Shown here: positions 59,540-64,000 of the stretch, piece after piece
Layout: the number at the start of each line of letters is the position of its first letter
How positions within the stretch are numbered: the first letter of the stretch is position 1
NCBI GenBank assembly: GCA_963718615.1
Contig: OY970368.1
Coordinates: 3,168,001-3,232,000, forward strand
DNA: 64,000 bases
Direction: 5' to 3'
Source of the DNA: an uncultured cyanobacterium
GTDB lineage: Bacteria; Cyanobacteriota; Cyanobacteriia; PCC-9006; JAAUQQ01
Translations under genes and position numbers: made by a program
The notes under the pieces: model-generated
What the model was told of the DNA's origin: nothing
The model's database searches: none
Seen by the model: only the letters and a program-made list of their open reading frames with translations

Positions 59540-60490
59540 ATGGATCGCTACGTGCTGCTTGCCCCTGCCAAAATCAATCTGTATCTGGAAATCATTGGCG
59601 ATCGCCCCGACGGTTTCCACGAACTGGCCATGGTCATGCAAACGGTGGCGCTGAGCGATCGCATCACCCTCTCGAACCTCAGCACCGACACGATCCGGAT
59701 TCACTGCGACCACCCCGAAGTCCCCAGCGACGAAACCAACTTGGCCTATCGCGCCGCAGACCTGATGCGGCAAAAATTCTCCCAAGCCTTTGCCCGCTAT
59801 GGCGGTGTCGGCATTGACATCGAAAAGCACATTCCCGTGGGTGCAGGACTGGCCGGCGGCTCAACGGATGCGGCGGCGGTTTTGGTGGGGATTGACCTGA
59901 TGTGGAAGCTGGGGCTGACGCGGGTAGAATTGCAAGCCTTGGGGGCCGAGCTGGGGTCTGATGTGCCCTTTTGTATTTCGGGGGGAACGGCGATCGCCAC
60001 CGGTCGGGGAGAACAGCTTGCGCCCTTACCGGATTTGCAGGGTCTGTTTGTGGTTCTGGGCAAATACCGTAGCCTTTCCGTCTCGACCCCCTGGGCTTAC
60101 AAAACCTACCGCAGCCAGTTTGAATCGGGCTATGTGCGGGAGCCGGGAAGTCTGTTGGCGCGGCGGGAGCGGGTGCATTCGGGGCCGATGGTGGCGGCGA
60201 TCGCCCAACAGGATGGTCCCACCATTGCCCAGCGCCTCTACAACGATCTGGAAAAAGTCGTGTTGCCCCAATATCCCCAGGTGCAAGCCCTACGCGATGC
60301 CTGTAAGCGCCAGCCTGAAACCCTCGGTGCCATGATGTCCGGCTCCGGCCCCACGGTCTTTGCCCTCAGCGCCACCCAGGCCGGAGCCGAACAGATCAAA
60401 ACCGCCGTGGCAGCGGCACTGGATCATCCGGATCTTGACCTTTGGGTCACCGCCCTCAGCCCCATGGGGGTCTGTTTGGCCAATCGTTAG
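59540..60490 (+). CDS. ispE: 4-diphosphocytidyl-2-C-methyl-D-erythritol kinase
   Basis: APAKINLYL, IPVGAGLAGGSTDAAA, LGSDVPF, MMSGSGPTVF. Confidence 0.97.
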   Translation: MDRYVLLAPAKINLYLEIIGDRPDGFHELAMVMQTVALSDRITLSNLSTDTIRIHCDHPEVPSDETNLAYRAADLMRQKFSQAFARYGGVGIDIEKHIPVGAGLAGGSTDAAAVLVGIDLMWKLGLTRVELQALGAELGSDVPFCISGGTAIATGRGEQLAPLPDLQGLFVVLGKYRSLSVSTPWAYKTYRSQFESGYVREPGSLLARRERVHSGPMVAAIAQQDGPTIAQRLYNDLEKVVLPQYPQVQALRDACKRQPETLGAMMSGSGPTVFALSATQAGAEQIKTAVAAALDHPDLDLWVTALSPMGVCLANR

Positions 60491-60553
60491 TCAGTTGGGG
60501 CTCAAATCTGTAGAATGGATTGGGAATAACAGATGGACCTACGGGGTTGTGCT

Positions 60554-60946
60554 ATGAGCGAAACGTCCAGTCCAAAAATAGTTAGTCCAAAAACGGCCAG
60601 TCCAAAAACGGCCAGTCCAGAGACCACGGGTACCGCTGCTGTGCGCCAACCCCCCAGTGTCTTCCAGTGTCTCAATGGCGCAGGGCTAGCATCGCTCTTA
60701 AGCTGGGGTGCTTATTCGCTCACCCACAAAGTTGCCCAAAACTTTGCGGCTCATCCCTTTCGTTCGTCGAACTATGTAGCGGTTAACATTTCGATCGCGA
60801 CCCGAACCCTCGTGGTTGGGAGCCTCGTGTTGGCAACCGCCGTCTTTAGTATTGCAGCCCTGGGTCTTCTGGGGTTGGGCATACAAACCCTGCTGCAAAA
60901 ATGGGGCCTGCTGCAAAAACGGGACAATCAAGCATCTGCCGATTAA
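60554..60946 (+). CDS. DUF3082-family membrane protein
   Basis: CL.GA, NISIATRTLVVG..LATAVF; follows ispE. Confidence 0.75.
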   Translation: MSETSSPKIVSPKTASPKTASPETTGTAAVRQPPSVFQCLNGAGLASLLSWGAYSLTHKVAQNFAAHPFRSSNYVAVNISIATRTLVVGSLVLATAVFSIAALGLLGLGIQTLLQKWGLLQKRDNQASAD

Positions 60947-61013
60947 GACTCTGAATTCGTTCTAAATCTGTTCTGAATTTGTATTGAGCAAGTGCTTCTT
61001 TATTAAGACTTTT

Positions 61014-62288
61014 ATGGAAATTCAACAGTTATTGGTGCGATGGTTGCGGGCCTATCCCGGTCTTTGGCTGTCGCCCCTCGGTTTGGGAATTCTGGGCAGC
61101 TGGCTTTGGCTTCAGCCCACCACACCGCAGAAATCCGTCGATCATCTTTTAGAATCCCCCGTTTCGGCCCATTTGGTTCCTGAGGGCTTGGTGACGACGA
61201 CTTCAGAGAATTTAGCGCCCTTTGCCCGCATTGCCAAACAGGAGCCCACGGCCCTGGGTCCAGCCTTTGGGGACTATGGTCCGCAGCCTAAGGGCGCGAT
61301 CGCAGCAGCATCCGCATCCGCCACCTCAGCCGCCTCAACCCCTGCAAAACCGAAGACCGACGCTGAACTCGTTGCCGAAGCGGCAAAGCTTGGGAGCGAA
61401 CCCCCAGCGCCTGCGACCCCATCGACGGCGTCGGCCAAAGCGACGACCAAACCTCCGGCTCCCCCCGCTGCGGTCAGCAAACCCACGGCCCCAGCCCAGC
61501 CCCAAGCGGCCTTACCTCCGGCTCCCGATCCCCAAACGGTGGTGAATCCGGCGGTGGATCAGGTGATTACGATGCAGGTGGCGATCGCCGAGGGAGATAC
61601 CAATCTCAGTATGGGCACGAGTGATGGCGGGGTTGTCTTTACCCCCCAAGGTCAAGGGTTGTTGCAACTGGGGGCGGGGAGTCATGCCCTCTCCTGCAAG
61701 GGTCAAAATCTTGTGTTGGATCAGCAACAAAACTTGCCTAGCACGGTGATGATGGCTCCGGCGGGTAATGGGGTGAATTATGTGCGCGATCGCAGATACC
61801 GAGGCCGCATCCAGTTTTTCTGTCAGGGCAATACGGTCCTCGCAGTGAACCATATTGATTTGCAGCACTATCTCTACAGCGTGGTGGGCAGTGAAGTCTC
61901 TGCCAGTTGGCCGATCGCGGCGCTCAAGGCCCAAGCAGTTGCGGCGCGTTCCTATGCCCTGACCTATCACTTCCGCCCCGCTACGGAGCATTTCCATATG
62001 GGCGACTCGGAGTCGTATCAGGTGTATAAGGGGATTGAATCGGAGGACAGCCGGGTAATGCAGGCGGTTCACGAGACTGCTGGAGAATTTATCAGCTATC
62101 AAGGGGGGATTGTGGAGTCGCTCTATGCGGCGTCGGATGAGATTGTGATGGAGGCGTTTAAGGGGGGCGGGATGAGCCAGCTCGGGGCTCGGGATCTGTC
62201 CCAGCAGGGCTATAACTATCTGCAAATTTTGGGCTATTACTATCCCAATACGAGTTTGGGGCGGTTGGTTTTGGATACGGATTCCTAG
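61014..62288 (+). CDS. SpoIID/LytB-domain protein
   Basis: YRGRI, VNHIDLQHYLYSVVGSE..WP.AALKAQAVAARSYA, QVYKG, GMSQ.GA, ILGYYYP; Pro/Ala-rich linker. Confidence 0.9.
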   Translation: MEIQQLLVRWLRAYPGLWLSPLGLGILGSWLWLQPTTPQKSVDHLLESPVSAHLVPEGLVTTTSENLAPFARIAKQEPTALGPAFGDYGPQPKGAIAAASASATSAASTPAKPKTDAELVAEAAKLGSEPPAPATPSTASAKATTKPPAPPAAVSKPTAPAQPQAALPPAPDPQTVVNPAVDQVITMQVAIAEGDTNLSMGTSDGGVVFTPQGQGLLQLGAGSHALSCKGQNLVLDQQQNLPSTVMMAPAGNGVNYVRDRRYRGRIQFFCQGNTVLAVNHIDLQHYLYSVVGSEVSASWPIAALKAQAVAARSYALTYHFRPATEHFHMGDSESYQVYKGIESEDSRVMQAVHETAGEFISYQGGIVESLYAASDEIVMEAFKGGGMSQLGARDLSQQGYNYLQILGYYYPNTSLGRLVLDTDS

Positions 62289-62406
62289 GGGGGGAATGGT
62301 GTCTCCTGGGCTGATCTATCTCGGCAATCTGCTATCGCAAAGATGTCGTGCTGCTTTTGCTATGGCTGGTATGGTGTGCCTTGATGAAAGCGCATGACCC
62401 ACTCCC

Positions 62407-62640
62407 TTACCGTTCTTGAGCAGATAGAGCTTGTAACTCAGTATCTAATGACTGTTGTAGTTCTCGGCGATTTCGTGCTTGACGGCTTAGTTTTTCATGA
62501 GGCTCAGCAAGACTGTAAGCTGGTATGACGAGTTTTGCTTTTCCTGCTTCACAGAGTTGCAAAATCTGTTCACAACTTAAATATTGCTCTTGCTCAAAGG
62601 TTAGTTCTAGAACAAAGTTTGTCTCAACATAAATATTCAC
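62407..62640 (-). pseudogene. Truncated PIN-domain protein
   Basis: MNIYVETNFVLEL..LVIPAYSLAEP is a PIN N-terminus, but the ORF stops at 77 aa without the C-terminal acidic residues. Confidence 0.65.
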
Positions 62641-63107
62641 GCAGCGACCTCATGATCAAACTTCCCTCCAGCTAAGGCAGCATAAAGTCCTGACTCAATT
62701 AACCATTGTTGAGAAGCATCAATGTTCTCAGGCCGTTGATCTGAATGAATTATCTCTCCAAGCCAAGATGTAATGACGAGTTCTAGACTAGCTCCACCAA
62801 TTTGATCAGCCGTTACTCCTGCCCTCTCAAAGTAGGGTTGAAGAATTGGGGATGCATCAATAGTATAGGTAGGTTCGCTCTGATCCTGATAAGCCTCAGC
62901 ATTGGACCATAGGTAAAATTTATCTGGAAAAGCCATCAAAAAATGCGGAGCTTTCGGGAAAGTTCCGTGGGCAAGGATATTTCGACGTAGCTTTGCTGCC
63001 CACTCCGGCGATACATTAGTTTTGCGCTTGACTTCAATGACAAGAACCCGTTGACCGTTACAGTTGTCAACTGACAAGTCCCAACCAGAATCAGGTCTCA
63101 TAACCAT
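62637..63107 (-). CDS. Hypothetical protein with PD-(D/E)XK-like motif, translationally coupled to the PIN gene
   Basis: WDLSV...LVIEVK motif; 4-nt overlap with the PIN start. Confidence 0.7.
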   Translation of the reverse strand: MVMRPDSGWDLSVDNCNGQRVLVIEVKRKTNVSPEWAAKLRRNILAHGTFPKAPHFLMAFPDKFYLWSNAEAYQDQSEPTYTIDASPILQPYFERAGVTADQIGGASLELVITSWLGEIIHSDQRPENIDASQQWLIESGLYAALAGGKFDHEVAA

Positions 63108-63147
63108 AATTAGATTCGCCTGTGAAACCGCTACCTACTATAAAGGC

Positions 63148-63324
63148 TTACTTTATTCTAAAGCGAATTTCTAGCCCGTCCGCCTCAGGGCCTATGTACC
63201 GATCGATCTCAGGATCCGATGCATAGTCAAACAGGTCTTGTAGATCAGTCTGTCGCAATGCGCGCAACATCAAACGCTGGGTCGTCAGCGTCGGGAATTG
63301 TGTGAAGAGTGACCGTATATCCAT
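63148..63324 (-). pseudogene. N-terminal fragment of a RimJ/RimL-type GNAT acetyltransferase
   Basis: Below the ORF-track cutoff; manual translation gives MDIRSLFTQFPTLTTQRLMLRALRQTDLQDLFDYASDPEIDRYIG followed by an unrelated tail and stop (58 aa). Confidence 0.7.
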
Positions 63325-63350
63325 AGATCAGTCCGTCGTCATTGGTTCAT

Positions 63351-64000
63351 CTATAGCTGAATCTTGAGCGGGAGCTTCGGTTCAAAGCTAATTGCTTGTC
63401 TTTGTCTGCCATGATCCAGGGTAAGAGAAATCAAGGGTGCCAATCCGACTTCAAATTGCAGTGCATTAGTATGTGTCCCTAATGCTTCAATTTCAGATGT
63501 TGCGCTAGCGATCGTCACTTGCGTAAGTGTAAGTTGACGTGAACCAATCGGGTGGCATATCGAATCGCGGAGATTTGCATCTCCTTCAACTGCCGCAGCC
63601 CAATCCATCGCAGGCGGAATAACGAAAATGAGAGGTGTTCTGAGATCGGATGCACTTTCGGCGTACAGAATCGTATGGTTTGGCCCCATCCACTCAGCAT
63701 GAAAAGGACGAACTGCAAAAGGTAACGCCGCAGTAGATCCGTTCTTTTTCCGTAGGGCAATTCCAAAGGGACAAGCACCGGTATCAGTCCAATGTGCGCG
63801 GGCAAGCAGATTTGTATTAATTGCCTGCCCAGCTCTTGCTGCAACATCTTTATCAGTGACCCAGACCAACTCGATGTAAGTATTCTCAAAGGAAAGCGTG
63901 ATCGAAGCAGTTCCCTGACCATGATGGATATTGACTTCCTCATCAAGCTTGAAACCAGCCTTCACGAGTACTTCCTTTTCAGGTGCATCTGGAGCTACCC
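63351..64000 (-). CDS. VOC/glyoxalase-like protein, 5' end outside window
   Basis: HHGQGTAS..FENTYIELVWV, PFGIALR; the frame stays open upstream of GTG 63965 (VAPDAPEKEVLVKAGF) to the window edge. Confidence 0.78.
   Translation of the reverse strand, partial: VAPDAPEKEVLVKAGFKLDEEVNIHHGQGTASITLSFENTYIELVWVTDKDVAARAGQAINTNLLARAHWTDTGACPFGIALRKKNGSTAALPFAVRPFHAEWMGPNHTILYAESASDLRTPLIFVIPPAMDWAAAVEGDANLRDSICHPIGSRQLTLTQVTIASATSEIEALGTHTNALQFEVGLAPLISLTLDHGRQRQAISFEPKLPLKIQL

Noticed and set aside
1-64000. Abundant GCGATCGC as a novel repeat
   Set aside because: This is the well-known cyanobacterial HIP1 octamer, used here only as a taxonomic and foreign-DNA marker

Overview
Chromosomal window from a cyanobacterium, shown by dense HIP1 octamers (GCGATCGC) and by acsF, a GUN4-domain kinase and DUF3038/DUF4335/DUF4079-type genes. 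0-7.6 kb is an exopolysaccharide locus: galE, a priming glycosyltransferase, a Wzc-like protein and two secreted unknowns. 7.6-19.2 kb is an accessory redox/halogenation block: FHA-fused flavin/2Fe-2S reductase, polyferredoxin-type membrane protein, wHTH/GNAT-like unknown, LuxR-type regulator, DUF2235 hydrolase, vanadium haloperoxidase and a cyclic-peptide-type ABC exporter. 19.3-25.8 kb is a conflict/mobile block: a ParE/Phd pair, a vapBC-like pair whose toxin is split by a complete 1830-bp IS1380-family element, and an ATPase plus TPR pair with near-identical 102-bp repeats. 26-62 kb is mostly housekeeping (mfd, mlaD, Na+/H+ antiporter, MscS, purH, pepN, tRNA-His, codA, acsF, ispE, SpoIID). 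It also holds a compact module at 54.1-57.6 kb: an (xNPCA[A/G]K)8 Cys-repeat lipoprotein divergent from a CDO-like cupin and a two-component system, with 11-bp-phased TCAG boxes between them. 62.4-64 kb is an AT-richer patch of truncated genes. The best candidates for undescribed systems are the NPCA-repeat module, the ATPase/TPR pair whose variation is concentrated at ligand-binding positions, and the FHA-reductase/haloperoxidase block. All family assignments come from motif recognition by eye; no database searches were run.
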